A stretch of DNA of 64,000 nt from Clostridiales bacterium (GTDB taxonomy: Bacteria > Bacillota > Clostridia > Oscillospirales > Acutalibacteraceae). The position numbers and the translations under genes were made by a program. The stretch lies in NCBI GenBank assembly GCA_022799115.1, contig JAAWNT010000010.1:20412-84411 (forward strand), given 5' to 3'. Shown piece after piece: positions 29,780 to 39,345 of the stretch; position 1 is the first letter of the stretch; the number at the start of each line of letters is the position of its first letter. Below the pieces are notes generated by a model. It did not search any database and was not told the origin of the DNA. It saw only the letters and a program-made list of their open reading frames with translations.

Positions 29780-31051
29780 TTAAAAAACTCTGATTCCGCC
29801 TTGTTCACGGATCCGCAGCGGTTGGCAACAACCTTCACCAAAGGCCGCTTCCATGCGGGTTTTATATTCATCCCAAAAATCAACCGGAACAAATGCCTGT
29901 ATCGCTCCCGCAAACCCACCTCCATGCACTCGCCAGACTCCGCCTTTGTCCTCCAACAGTGTTTGCGATAAGGCCAGCGCCACAGCAAGCTCCTGGTTGT
30001 GCGGACGGGAATGCGAATACACATTCTGTAAGTATTCGAAAGAGGAATGCCCCGACTGGACGGCATAGTGCCGGAATTGCTCAAAATTGTTTTCGAGCAA
30101 CGCTTCTTTCTCTAAAACGGCCCGTTTGTTTTCCTCAAAAAAATGAATTGCGCGGAGTACCGCCCGGTCTCCCAATCTTTCACGAAGCTGCGGAAGCTGC
30201 TGGTAGAACCGATCCTCCTTGCATTCCCGCAACACAGTAACTCCTAGCTGTTGAGCGACGGCTTGCATCTCCTGAGATATCCTCGCGTATTCTTCGGTCA
30301 GCCCCGAATGATCCCCTCCTGTTTCTACAACGCAAAGGGTAAAGCCTGTGGTATCAGGATTGTATTCTATCTTTTGTACGATAGGATGAGCGGCATCCTG
30401 AAAATCCATCGCCACAACCCCTCCTACCGAACATGCCATCTGATCCATCAATCCGCATGGCTTTCCGAAATATTGATTTTCCGCAAATTGCGCAATCATT
30501 GCCGCAGTTTGCGCGTCCACCTTTCCTTGGTTATAAAGATGGCTTTCTATGGTCGTCATAAGAATTTCATAGGCCGCTGAGCTGGATAATCCGGAACCGA
30601 TCGGAACCTTGGAGGAGCAATAGGCGTCGAATCCCCCGATCCGATATCCCAACTGCTTCATTTTTGCGCAGATGCCGCGCAGCAGGGCTTCTGAAGAGCC
30701 TGTTTCTTGCTGATGGAATCGGGTGTCCGCCGTGTCGATTTCCATGGGATCAAACCCTTCTGAATAAAATCGGATGATGCCATCTTCTCTCTCTGCAACT
30801 GCGGCCACCACATCCAGATGAATCGCGGCGGCTAAAACACATCCGTGCTGATGATCCGTATGATTGCCTCCGATTTCGGTGCGACCCGGCGCAGAATAAA
30901 AATGAAGAACGCGACGGTCGCCAAAGAGCCTGCAAAAGCGCTCTTCTATTCGTTTGTAGCGCGACTGCGCTTCATGAAGCGATTGTTTCCCATACAATCG
31001 CAGTAATTTTTCTTCACATTGATCTGTATATATCGTTCGGTCATCTTTCAA
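29780..31051 (-). CDS. galK: galactokinase (GHMP kinase)
   Basis: GRTEIGGNHTDHQHG and PIGSGLSSSAA GHMP-kinase motifs; 423 aa. Confidence 0.88.
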   Translation of the reverse strand: MKDDRTIYTDQCEEKLLRLYGKQSLHEAQSRYKRIEERFCRLFGDRRVLHFYSAPGRTEIGGNHTDHQHGCVLAAAIHLDVVAAVAEREDGIIRFYSEGFDPMEIDTADTRFHQQETGSSEALLRGICAKMKQLGYRIGGFDAYCSSKVPIGSGLSSSAAYEILMTTIESHLYNQGKVDAQTAAMIAQFAENQYFGKPCGLMDQMACSVGGVVAMDFQDAAHPIVQKIEYNPDTTGFTLCVVETGGDHSGLTEEYARISQEMQAVAQQLGVTVLRECKEDRFYQQLPQLRERLGDRAVLRAIHFFEENKRAVLEKEALLENNFEQFRHYAVQSGHSSFEYLQNVYSHSRPHNQELAVALALSQTLLEDKGGVWRVHGGGFAGAIQAFVPVDFWDEYKTRMEAAFGEGCCQPLRIREQGGIRVF

Positions 31052-31246
31052 ATTCTTCTCCTCCTGCTTCTTATCGTTCCTATGCAGATTTTGATATCAT
31101 CGCTTGTTTATGGTAATGGCAGCGTAGATCAATGGGATCGCTGTACGTTTCCCCGGAAGAATCGTCCCTCTTCATCCTCGCTATCCCAAATTACATCGCG
31201 CTGGGCGACTTATATCATCCCCAGTAGCGCCGCCCCATCTTTCATA

Positions 31247-31283
31247 CGGAAAAATCGCCGGCATCGAAGTGATGTCCGGCGAT
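31247..31283 (-). terminator. rho-independent terminator after flotillin gene
   Basis: ATCGCCGGcatcgaagtgatgtCCGGCGAT, followed on the minus strand by TTTTTCC. Confidence 0.55.
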
Positions 31284-31304
31284 TATAATTATAAAGGTCA
31301 GTGA

Positions 31305-32705
31305 TCAAATGGTTTCTTTCGCCTCTTCGGAGAGCTCTTTCTCGACCTTCTCTTTCCCCAGATATTCCGGCAGAGACATACCTGCCATTTGGAACAACTC
31401 GTTGAGAGGAGGCACCGACTTCATCATGCTGGAAACAAAGTTGGAGGTCGTGGAAGAACCGTCCTTGCCGTTCATACCGTCCCAAACGGTCACCTTGTCG
31501 ATCTTCACATTCTTGACGGCCTCCACCTGGAGCTTTACCAGCTCCTCCAGCCGGTCCGCAATCATCAGACGCATGGCGTCGTCCGCATTGCCGCCAGCGG
31601 CCGCAACAATCTGCTGAAGACCCGCCGCCTGCTTTTGAAGCATTTCCTGAGCGCCTCGCGCCTGGGCTTCCATTTTCGCATAGATTGCGTCCGCCTCGCC
31701 TCGCGCCTGACGTCGGATTTGTTCGGCCTGAGCTTCCGCCGCAATCTCCATCTCTTTTTTCTGAATCTCGGCTTTTACCAGGATATCAGCTTCCAATGTC
31801 GCTTTTTCTCTGGCAGCACGGGCAGTTTCCGCCGCTTGCTCCGCAGCATAGGACTCCTCCAACGCTTTTGCCGCTTGTACCTTTTCCGCAGAGGTTGCCT
31901 TCCTCAAGGAGCTTGCCTGCAGCTCTCTGCGCTGGGCGTCGGATTCCGCAATGGCGGCTTTGGCGTTGTTCTCACCCTTAATGGCCTCGGAATCCGCCAA
32001 GGATACCTGAATCCTCTGATCTCTTTTTGCGTTGGCCTCTCCGATTGCGCCCAGACGGTCGGCTTCCGCCACTGATATCTTTGCGTCATTGATAGCCTTG
32101 GCCGCCGCTTCTTTTCCCAAGGCGACAATATAGCCGGACTCATCGTTAATATCGGTAACATTCACATTGATTAAACGCAATCCGATTTTCTTTAACTCAG
32201 TTTCCACATTGCGGGTTACTGCTTCCAAGAATTTATCTCGGTCTGTATTGATTTCTTCAATATCCATAGTAGCGATCACCAAACGCAATTGACCGAATAT
32301 GATATCCTTGGCCAGCTCCTGGATTTCAGTCAGCTTAAGCCCCAGCAGACGCTCTGCGGCATTTTGCATGATACCGGTTTCGGTGGAAATGCCTACTGTG
32401 AATCGGGAGGGCACATCAATCCGGATATTTTGTCTGGAAAGGGCATTGGTGAGATCCACGCTGATGGACAGCGGCGTAAGATCCAAATATTCATAAGCTT
32501 GAAATACCGGCCAGACAAAGGATGCGCCGCCATGGACACATTTTGCCGAACGGGATGTTCCGTCCCGGTTGGTTCCAACTTTACCATAAATGACCATAAT
32601 CTTATCCGACGGACATTTTCGATAGCGGGATAGTATCACTAAAAATGTGGTCAATACCAGCACAGCGATTACGGCAATCAAAATAATAGTCTCCATCTCT
32701 GTCAC
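31305..32705 (-). CDS. flotillin-like SPFH/band-7 protein (YqiK/FloA-like)
   Basis: N-terminal TM helix, SPFH domain, long Ala/Glu/Gln-rich coiled coil (EA repeats); 466 aa. Confidence 0.85.
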   Translation of the reverse strand: MTEMETIILIAVIAVLVLTTFLVILSRYRKCPSDKIMVIYGKVGTNRDGTSRSAKCVHGGASFVWPVFQAYEYLDLTPLSISVDLTNALSRQNIRIDVPSRFTVGISTETGIMQNAAERLLGLKLTEIQELAKDIIFGQLRLVIATMDIEEINTDRDKFLEAVTRNVETELKKIGLRLINVNVTDINDESGYIVALGKEAAAKAINDAKISVAEADRLGAIGEANAKRDQRIQVSLADSEAIKGENNAKAAIAESDAQRRELQASSLRKATSAEKVQAAKALEESYAAEQAAETARAAREKATLEADILVKAEIQKKEMEIAAEAQAEQIRRQARGEADAIYAKMEAQARGAQEMLQKQAAGLQQIVAAAGGNADDAMRLMIADRLEELVKLQVEAVKNVKIDKVTVWDGMNGKDGSSTTSNFVSSMMKSVPPLNELFQMAGMSLPEYLGKEKVEKELSEEAKETI

Positions 32706-32805
32706 CTCAATAATAGATAGAATAAGGATAAAGGACCGGCCCTTTGCCGTCCCTAAGTACGCTTGTCTGCAAACCTAATCGGTTTGTTTCAGATTCTTTC
32801 TCAAT

Positions 32806-33432
32806 CTAAGCTCGCCGGGAAGGAGGTTCCTCGGGGACGATGGGCTCCACGAGGAGGGTCCCGTCGTCCGCAAGGCCGGTCACACGCACATTCTCCCCTG
32901 TCAAGAGATCGGTAGCGCTGTCGGTGACGGCCTCACATTCCATCAGGCGTTCTTGAAAAATAACGGTTACTTTTCCCGTTTGTTTCCGCTGCGCCGGAAT
33001 CTTCAGGTATACCTTTGCAGGATGTCCCACGGCGTTTATCATATCTACATTTCCGGAATCCTGCATTTTTGCGATCTTTTTCATAATCCAAGCAAGCAAA
33101 AGCAATGCAGCCGCACCCGCCGCAAAAGCCGCCACGATACAGACAGCCTCTGGCCAACCCCGTTTGACCAATACCACGCCCATCCATCCGCCAACCGCAA
33201 AAAAGGCGGTAACGCCCCGAATGCTGAATAAGGAGAGCCCATCGGAACCATCCATCCCGGCCGGGAGAGAACCGTCCGGAAGGTCTGTATCCGGGAGATC
33301 AAAGTCCGCATCTCCATCGCCAATTCCAAATAAAAGGAGAATCGATTGAATGACCATAACCACCGTTGCCGGTATTGCGATGATATAAAACACCTGTGCC
33401 AACAATGACAGGGAATTCCACCACTGATCCAT
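32806..33432 (-). CDS. NfeD-like membrane protein (YqiJ-like), flotillin partner
   Basis: N-terminal TM segments, acidic linker, C-terminal OB-fold-like beta region; lies directly upstream of the flotillin gene, the conserved nfeD-flotillin pair. Confidence 0.7.
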   Translation of the reverse strand: MDQWWNSLSLLAQVFYIIAIPATVVMVIQSILLLFGIGDGDADFDLPDTDLPDGSLPAGMDGSDGLSLFSIRGVTAFFAVGGWMGVVLVKRGWPEAVCIVAAFAAGAAALLLLAWIMKKIAKMQDSGNVDMINAVGHPAKVYLKIPAQRKQTGKVTVIFQERLMECEAVTDSATDLLTGENVRVTGLADDGTLLVEPIVPEEPPSRRA

Positions 33433-33462
33433 AAAAGTCCCTCCTTCGATATGGACTCGAAC

Positions 33463-34053
33463 TTATTTATTTTTATTGATCGCCGAAGTGTTTTTCTCCC
33501 GCAGATAGGTGGACTCCAGATCGGACAAATGAAGTTTTACCGCCAGCGGATACCGGTCAAACGCCAGGTTGATTGCAAAACCGCCGGATTTGGCCGTGTC
33601 GTCAAACCCTCCCATATGCCAGCGGATCGCCATGGCCTCCGAGGTCTTAAGCCTCATAAACCGCTCAATTAAAAACACCGATTTTTCTCCATGCCCATAA
33701 GGAAAAACATCCTCCACCGAATAATAAGGCTGCTTTTCCCAGGCGCCAGTGGTTTCATTTTTTACATTGCGGGAGGACACCTTATAAAATTGCGCCTTAC
33801 ATAAGTCGTGCAACAATGCACAGATGGCGAAGCTTTCCATACTGTCGTTTTCCTCGTCGAAATGCTTTTCCATCATCACCTCATAGACCTTTACGCTGTG
33901 CTGCACCAGACCTCCCAAGCAGGCGCAATGGAACTTCGTACTGGCCGGCGCCGTAAAAAAATCCGTCTTACTCAGCCAGTCCAACAGTTCCTGGGAACCG
34001 GATCGTGTGATGTTCTGCTGATAGATCTCAATAAATTGTTCTTTATACCCCAT
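33463..34053 (-). CDS. HD-domain phosphohydrolase
   Basis: H...HD motif (FHCACLGG...ICALLHDLCK); 196 aa. Confidence 0.6.
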   Translation of the reverse strand: MGYKEQFIEIYQQNITRSGSQELLDWLSKTDFFTAPASTKFHCACLGGLVQHSVKVYEVMMEKHFDEENDSMESFAICALLHDLCKAQFYKVSSRNVKNETTGAWEKQPYYSVEDVFPYGHGEKSVFLIERFMRLKTSEAMAIRWHMGGFDDTAKSGGFAINLAFDRYPLAVKLHLSDLESTYLREKNTSAINKNK

Positions 34054-34164
34054 AGATCCACCCCATTCTAAAAGATAGATCTATTATACCATAAACTCTG
34101 CAAAGGAAAAGGATATTCCATGAAAAAATACCCATCCCTTGAAGATGGGATGGGTATTCTCGCG

Positions 34165-36036
34165 TTATTGATGATGAAAGGTCGGCACAATGTTGCTAAG
34201 CATTGCGATCACCTGCTTTTTATCATCCGCCATCGCGTAATGGTGCAGGGTGTTCAACTGCTGGAGAAATTGCTCTCTGTTCACGTCAATGGGTCTGCCG
34301 ATAAAAATCTTTTTGTTATCCGTTTTCTGCATGCCCTCTTCGCTCATCAAAAGCTCCTCGTAAAGCTTCTCACCGGGACGAAGGCCGGTATACTCGATTT
34401 TGATGTCCTCTCCCAATTTATAACCGGACAAACGGATCAAATTTTCCGCAAGGTCTTTGATTTTCACCGGTTCTCCCATATCTAAAACAAAGATTTCGCC
34501 GCCGTGCGCCAAACTTCCCGCTGTCAGCACCAGGGAAACCGCCTCGGGAATCGTCATAAAGTAACGGATGATATCGGGATGGGTCACGGTTACCGGTCCG
34601 CCGCAGCTTATCTGTTCTTTAAACAGCGGAATCACCGAACCGTTTGACCCCAGCACATTGCCAAACCGCACCGCCACAAACTCTGTTTTGCTGTTGCGGT
34701 TCATGGTTTGCACAATCATCTCGCAAATCCGTTTCGTGGCCCCCATCACATTGGTGGGATTGACCGCCTTGTCCGTAGAAATCTGGACAAACTTCTTTAC
34801 ATGATATTTATCCGCTGCTCTTACCAGATTCAGCGTGCCGATCACATTATTTTTCACCGCCTCCTCCGGATTGGTTTCCATCAAAGGAACATGTTTATGG
34901 GCGGCCGCGTGAAAAACAACGTCAATATTCTTGCTACTAAACAATTGATCCAGCTTTTCTCCATCCCGTACCGAAGCAATTTCCACCTCAAAGTCCAAAT
35001 AGATATCATGGTTACGAATAAGCTCCTGCTGGATGTTATAGGCGTTATTTTCATAGATGTCTAAAATAATCAGTTTTTTGGGCTGTACTTTCGCAATTTG
35101 GCGGCACAGCTCGGATCCTATGGACCCGCCTCCGCCGGTTACCAGCACTGTTTGACCGGTGAGATACTTTCCATATTTATTGGTATCAAAGATCACCGGA
35201 TCTCTTCCCAATAAATCTTCCACCTCTACCTGCCGAATCTGGGAAGACAGCGACACATTGGTGGTCATCAGATCATACAAGTTGGGAATAATTTTCACTT
35301 CTATATTTGTCTTTGCACAGATAGCCAGTATCCTCTTTTTATCCTCCAATTTAATATTGGAGATGGAAAAAAGAATGACTTCAATTCCATGTTTCTGACA
35401 AAGGGACGGGATATCCTCCGTGGAACCCTCTACTTTAACCCCGCTAACTTGTCTGCCGAGCTTTGCCTTGTCGTCGTCGGCAATGCAAACCAGTTTGTAT
35501 TCATTATTAGGGGCTTTTATCAGCTCACGGATAATCGTAACCGCAGCCTCTCCTCCACCTACAATTAACATTTTTTTCTGCGGAGCCGCGGCCATGTGTT
35601 TGATTTCGTACAATCGGTTGACCCGATAAAGAAACCGAAACACAAACAAAAGAAACATCGACATAAGGATAAATAAAATATGGGTGCGTCCACCCAAATG
35701 ATAGTGATTTCCCATCAAAAGAGTCGCCACATAAAAAATGATATTTGCCACGCCGGTGGCGACACATACATAAAAAAAGTCCTCTACGTCGGCGTATCTC
35801 CAGATTTTATCATACAAACGAAACAGTAAAAAAACAGCGACAAAACACGCGTTCATTACCAAGAAAGTTTTAAAAAATACATCCTGTAAACCAGCCAAAG
35901 AGTAGCTGTTTCTAATTATTGTAAAGGATAAATAATAAGAAATATTCCAAATTAGAAAATCGCAGAAGAACAAAATGTACTTCCGGTATTTTGAAAATAA
36001 ATCATATAATTTGACCATTCGCACCATCTCATTCAA
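34165..36036 (-). CDS. capD: polysaccharide biosynthesis protein CapD/WbpM-type nucleotide-sugar 4,6-dehydratase (membrane-anchored)
   Basis: N-terminal 4-5 TM helices, Rossmann motif LVTGGGGSIGSEL, second NAD-binding region; 623 aa. Typical Polysacc_synt_2 architecture. Confidence 0.85.
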   Translation of the reverse strand: MNEMVRMVKLYDLFSKYRKYILFFCDFLIWNISYYLSFTIIRNSYSLAGLQDVFFKTFLVMNACFVAVFLLFRLYDKIWRYADVEDFFYVCVATGVANIIFYVATLLMGNHYHLGGRTHILFILMSMFLLFVFRFLYRVNRLYEIKHMAAAPQKKMLIVGGGEAAVTIIRELIKAPNNEYKLVCIADDDKAKLGRQVSGVKVEGSTEDIPSLCQKHGIEVILFSISNIKLEDKKRILAICAKTNIEVKIIPNLYDLMTTNVSLSSQIRQVEVEDLLGRDPVIFDTNKYGKYLTGQTVLVTGGGGSIGSELCRQIAKVQPKKLIILDIYENNAYNIQQELIRNHDIYLDFEVEIASVRDGEKLDQLFSSKNIDVVFHAAAHKHVPLMETNPEEAVKNNVIGTLNLVRAADKYHVKKFVQISTDKAVNPTNVMGATKRICEMIVQTMNRNSKTEFVAVRFGNVLGSNGSVIPLFKEQISCGGPVTVTHPDIIRYFMTIPEAVSLVLTAGSLAHGGEIFVLDMGEPVKIKDLAENLIRLSGYKLGEDIKIEYTGLRPGEKLYEELLMSEEGMQKTDNKKIFIGRPIDVNREQFLQQLNTLHHYAMADDKKQVIAMLSNIVPTFHHQ

Positions 36037-36116
36037 ATAAATTCTACCTGTTTATTCATCATGCTTTACCCAGAGCGTTACAGCCTCAAAGCGCCCCTTA
36101 CATCCTATGCAAAGGC

Positions 36117-36851
36117 TTATAGATACTTCTCACGCCCCGGATTTTTCATCAATTCAGAATATAATTGCTCTGAACATTCGTAAAGTTTTTGGATTCCCCG
36201 CTGTCCCTGTTTCTTTTGTAAGTACTCTAGCGCTTTGTCCATTTTGGGAGGACGGTTGTTCATGTTGTGAGCGTCGCTGCCCAAATAAATACAACAATCC
36301 TCCTCAAAAAACTGCAATACCTTCTTTCTCCCTAAGCCGTGGCAAAGAGCGTCCGCATTGATTTGTCCATGAATATCTCCATATCGAAACAGCCTTAAAA
36401 GCTCCTCGTACCGGTTAAACGCTAAATAACGGTCTATATGAGCAAGAATCGGCGTTAATTCCATATTAATGGCAATATCGTTGATTTCTTGAACCAGCTT
36501 CTCATCCAAGGAGCGATATGGCAATTCCAACAAAATGTAACGGCTGGAATGTATGCAAAGCTTTCTAAGATCCTCGCTGCGGGACATTCCTCGAAAACAG
36601 TGAACTTCACTCCCGCATATTAATTCCGGTAAGTCCATCCCCTGGGTGTGCTCTAACAGTCTTTCAAATGCGGCGGAAATCGTATCCACATATTGGTTAA
36701 TGGAAACCTCAGAAGCATAAAAGTGCGGGGTAGCAATCACTCGGTCTACCCCTTGCTTCTTTAAACTCCTGAGAATTTCAATGGATTCCTCCATACTGCT
36801 TGCTCCATCGTCAACCCCAGGAATAATATGACTGTGAATATCAAAAATCAT
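36117..36851 (-). CDS. cpsB: capsular polysaccharide tyrosine-protein phosphatase (PHP family, CpsB/YwqE)
   Basis: MIFDIHSHIIPGVDDGA... with the PHP-domain histidines; 244 aa. Confidence 0.88.
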   Translation of the reverse strand: MIFDIHSHIIPGVDDGASSMEESIEILRSLKKQGVDRVIATPHFYASEVSINQYVDTISAAFERLLEHTQGMDLPELICGSEVHCFRGMSRSEDLRKLCIHSSRYILLELPYRSLDEKLVQEINDIAINMELTPILAHIDRYLAFNRYEELLRLFRYGDIHGQINADALCHGLGRKKVLQFFEEDCCIYLGSDAHNMNNRPPKMDKALEYLQKKQGQRGIQKLYECSEQLYSELMKNPGREKYL

Positions 36852-36884
36852 ACCAATCTCCCTAACCTTTTGTGATTGATCGCC

Positions 36885-37619
36885 TTAGTAGCCATAGGAA
36901 TATCCATACTTATAGCTTCCACCCGAACGGTCGCCGTTTAGAATGGTGCCCAACAGTTTTACATTGGCAAACTCAATGCTGGACACTGCTTTCTTAAACT
37001 GGTCATGAGTGGTTCTGCCTTGCCGGGCCACCATCACCAGACCGTCAGTCTTTGGTGTGAGCACCAAGGCGTCAGAAACCATATTAATAGGCGGAGTATC
37101 GATGATGATATAATCATAATACTCTTGCAATCCATCCAGCAGCACCGACATATTGTTGCCTCCCAACAGCTCGGAAGGATTGGGAGGAATCGGCCCTGAA
37201 GTCAATACATCAAAATTTGGATAGACATTTTTAACCGCTTCGCGCAGCTTACAAAATCCTACCAGAATTGAACTAAGCCCCTTGCTATTGTTGATCTTTA
37301 GCCTCTGATACACGGTAGGTCTGCGCAGGTCCGCGTCGATCAGCAGCACCTTTTGGCCCATTTGAGAAAACGCGATTCCAACATTAATTGCCGTAACAGT
37401 CTTTCCTTCATTAGGCAGGGCGCTGGAAATTACAATTCGCTTGCTTTCACTATTGGATAAGACAAACATCATATTGGTTCGAATGGTTTTATAGGCTTCC
37501 ACCACGGAGAAAGGAGCATTATCGTCAAGCAAAACCTCTGGAGATGCGCTCTTTTTTCCCAGCCGTCCTTTTTTCTCAGTCTCTTCCAGCATAGCCGGCT
37601 GCTTTTTTTTCTTTGCCAT
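36885..37619 (-). CDS. cpsD: BY-kinase (tyrosine-protein kinase CpsD/YwqD)
   Basis: Walker A SSALPNEGKTVTAINV, Walker A' LLIDADLRRP, Walker B YDYIIIDTPP, C-terminal tyrosine cluster YKYGYSYGY. Confidence 0.9.
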   Translation of the reverse strand: MAKKKKQPAMLEETEKKGRLGKKSASPEVLLDDNAPFSVVEAYKTIRTNMMFVLSNSESKRIVISSALPNEGKTVTAINVGIAFSQMGQKVLLIDADLRRPTVYQRLKINNSKGLSSILVGFCKLREAVKNVYPNFDVLTSGPIPPNPSELLGGNNMSVLLDGLQEYYDYIIIDTPPINMVSDALVLTPKTDGLVMVARQGRTTHDQFKKAVSSIEFANVKLLGTILNGDRSGGSYKYGYSYGY

Positions 37620-38359
37620 CAGCGTTTATAACCCCCTTTTTCAGTCTCCTTGAAATCCGGAACGCTGCCCAGAATAGAAATCGTATAGTGTTCGTTGAAA
37701 TCCTCTTCTCCCTTTATGGTTCGGTCCAGCATAGCTTGAATCAGCACAATCAGTATCGATATGACCAAGCCCAGAAGGAATCCAACAATGGTGTTGGTTA
37801 CAACATTCGGAGAAATCTTTCGTGCCTCGGAAGCGGTGTCAAGCGTCTCCACTTCGCCCACTTTTGCCACTTGCTTCAACACTCCAGGAGCAACCTCCAA
37901 CATGGCGTTGGCAATGGTTTGAGCTTCCTCTCTTTTTGTAGAAGTTACTCTAACCTCCAATACCTGCGTCCCATTCACCGAGGCCATTTTTATCATTGAT
38001 TTTATGGCGCCCTTGCTAAGACCCAATTTGGTGTTTTCACTGATCTGTTGCGCCACATTATCACTTTGCAGAACAACAATGTAGGAATCCACCAGCTTTT
38101 CAGCGGCGTTGATATCGCTTAAATTCGCACTGTTTCCCGCATTGACCCGCGTCCCATTTGTAACATATAAGGACGCAGTCGACATGTACTGAGGGCTAAT
38201 AAACGTCTTTGTATAGACAAAGGCCCCCAATGCACATAACAAGGTAATCATGATGATCAGCCACAACCGTTTGAGCAAAATTTTCACAATATCTACTATC
38301 GATATTTCACCTATGCTCCGCAAATTATTCCTCATCCTTCCCTTTGAATATTGTTGCAA
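37619..38359 (-). CDS. cpsC: chain-length determinant / BY-kinase transmembrane activator (CpsC/YwqC, Wzz family)
   Basis: Two TM helices flanking a periplasmic domain; 246 aa; immediately upstream of and overlapping the cpsD start. Confidence 0.85.
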   Translation of the reverse strand: MQQYSKGRMRNNLRSIGEISIVDIVKILLKRLWLIIMITLLCALGAFVYTKTFISPQYMSTASLYVTNGTRVNAGNSANLSDINAAEKLVDSYIVVLQSDNVAQQISENTKLGLSKGAIKSMIKMASVNGTQVLEVRVTSTKREEAQTIANAMLEVAPGVLKQVAKVGEVETLDTASEARKISPNVVTNTIVGFLLGLVISILIVLIQAMLDRTIKGEEDFNEHYTISILGSVPDFKETEKGGYKR

Positions 38360-38686
38360 CCATCAACATAGTTTGACAGATTGCACCCATACATGTCTAA
38401 TTATATCGGCCATAAGAAAAAAAGTCAATCAAGATTGCCGTGAATAATCTGGCAAATTTATTAAAGAAAAATATCCTGAAAAAAGTTTTACAAAACATCA
38501 TGCTTTTTCATTGCAAAAAATATCATATCGTTTACATTTTCATTCAAGCATGCGGGAAAAATCGCCGACAGCTAATTTCATATTGCAATTTAAGCATGAA
38601 TACGGTAAAATTTTGACAGATCAAATTTGTTGCACATTTTTGTATATGGTGCGACGTACCAATCGCTTCAGGGAGGTTTTGAAAAC

Positions 38687-39322
38687 ATGGCTATATTGGA
38701 AGAGATCAGCAGCTTTTTACAGCAGGGGCGAACCCCCAAAGTAAAACTGCTGGTTCAACAGGCGATTGAGGAACAAATAGCCCCTCAGAAAATCTTGGAA
38801 GACGGATTAATCGCGGGTATGAATATCATTGGGGAAAAATTTAAAAACAATCAAGTGTTCGTCCCTGAAGTTCTTATCGCCGCCAGAGCAATGAACGCCG
38901 GTATTTCGCTATTAAGGCCGCTTCTTGTTTCCTCCGGCGTACAGGCCAAGGGAATCGCCGTTATCGGTACGGTTAAGGGCGATCAACACGATATTGGAAA
39001 GAACCTGGTAAAGATGATGATGGAAGGAAAAGGCCTGAATGTGATCGACCTTGGAGTGGATGTCTCCGCTGAAAAATTCCTTGAGAATGCTGTAGCGCAT
39101 CAAGCTCAATTGGTGTGTTGTTCGGCTTTGCTTACCACCACTATGGGAGAAATGAAACGCGTGGTAGAGCTGTTTAAGGAAAAAGGAATGCGAGATCAGG
39201 TAAAAATCATGATTGGGGGCGCGCCCGTCACACAGAGTTACTGTGATTCCATTGGCGCTGATTGCTATACCCCAGACGCTGCATCCGCAGCGGAAGCAGC
39301 GCTGGGGTTCTGCCTTTCCTAG
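38687..39322 (+). CDS. corrinoid (cobalamin)-binding protein, methyltransferase-cognate type (MtbC/MttC-like), orphan
   Basis: B12-binding_2 helical cap followed by a Rossmann B12 domain with the DxHxxG motif (GDQHDIGK). Start placed at MAILEEISSF with SD GGAGG. No methyltransferase gene adjacent. Confidence 0.75.
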   Translation: MAILEEISSFLQQGRTPKVKLLVQQAIEEQIAPQKILEDGLIAGMNIIGEKFKNNQVFVPEVLIAARAMNAGISLLRPLLVSSGVQAKGIAVIGTVKGDQHDIGKNLVKMMMEGKGLNVIDLGVDVSAEKFLENAVAHQAQLVCCSALLTTTMGEMKRVVELFKEKGMRDQVKIMIGGAPVTQSYCDSIGADCYTPDAASAAEAALGFCLS

Positions 39323-39345
39323 ATTCTATCCCGCTTGGAAAGGAT

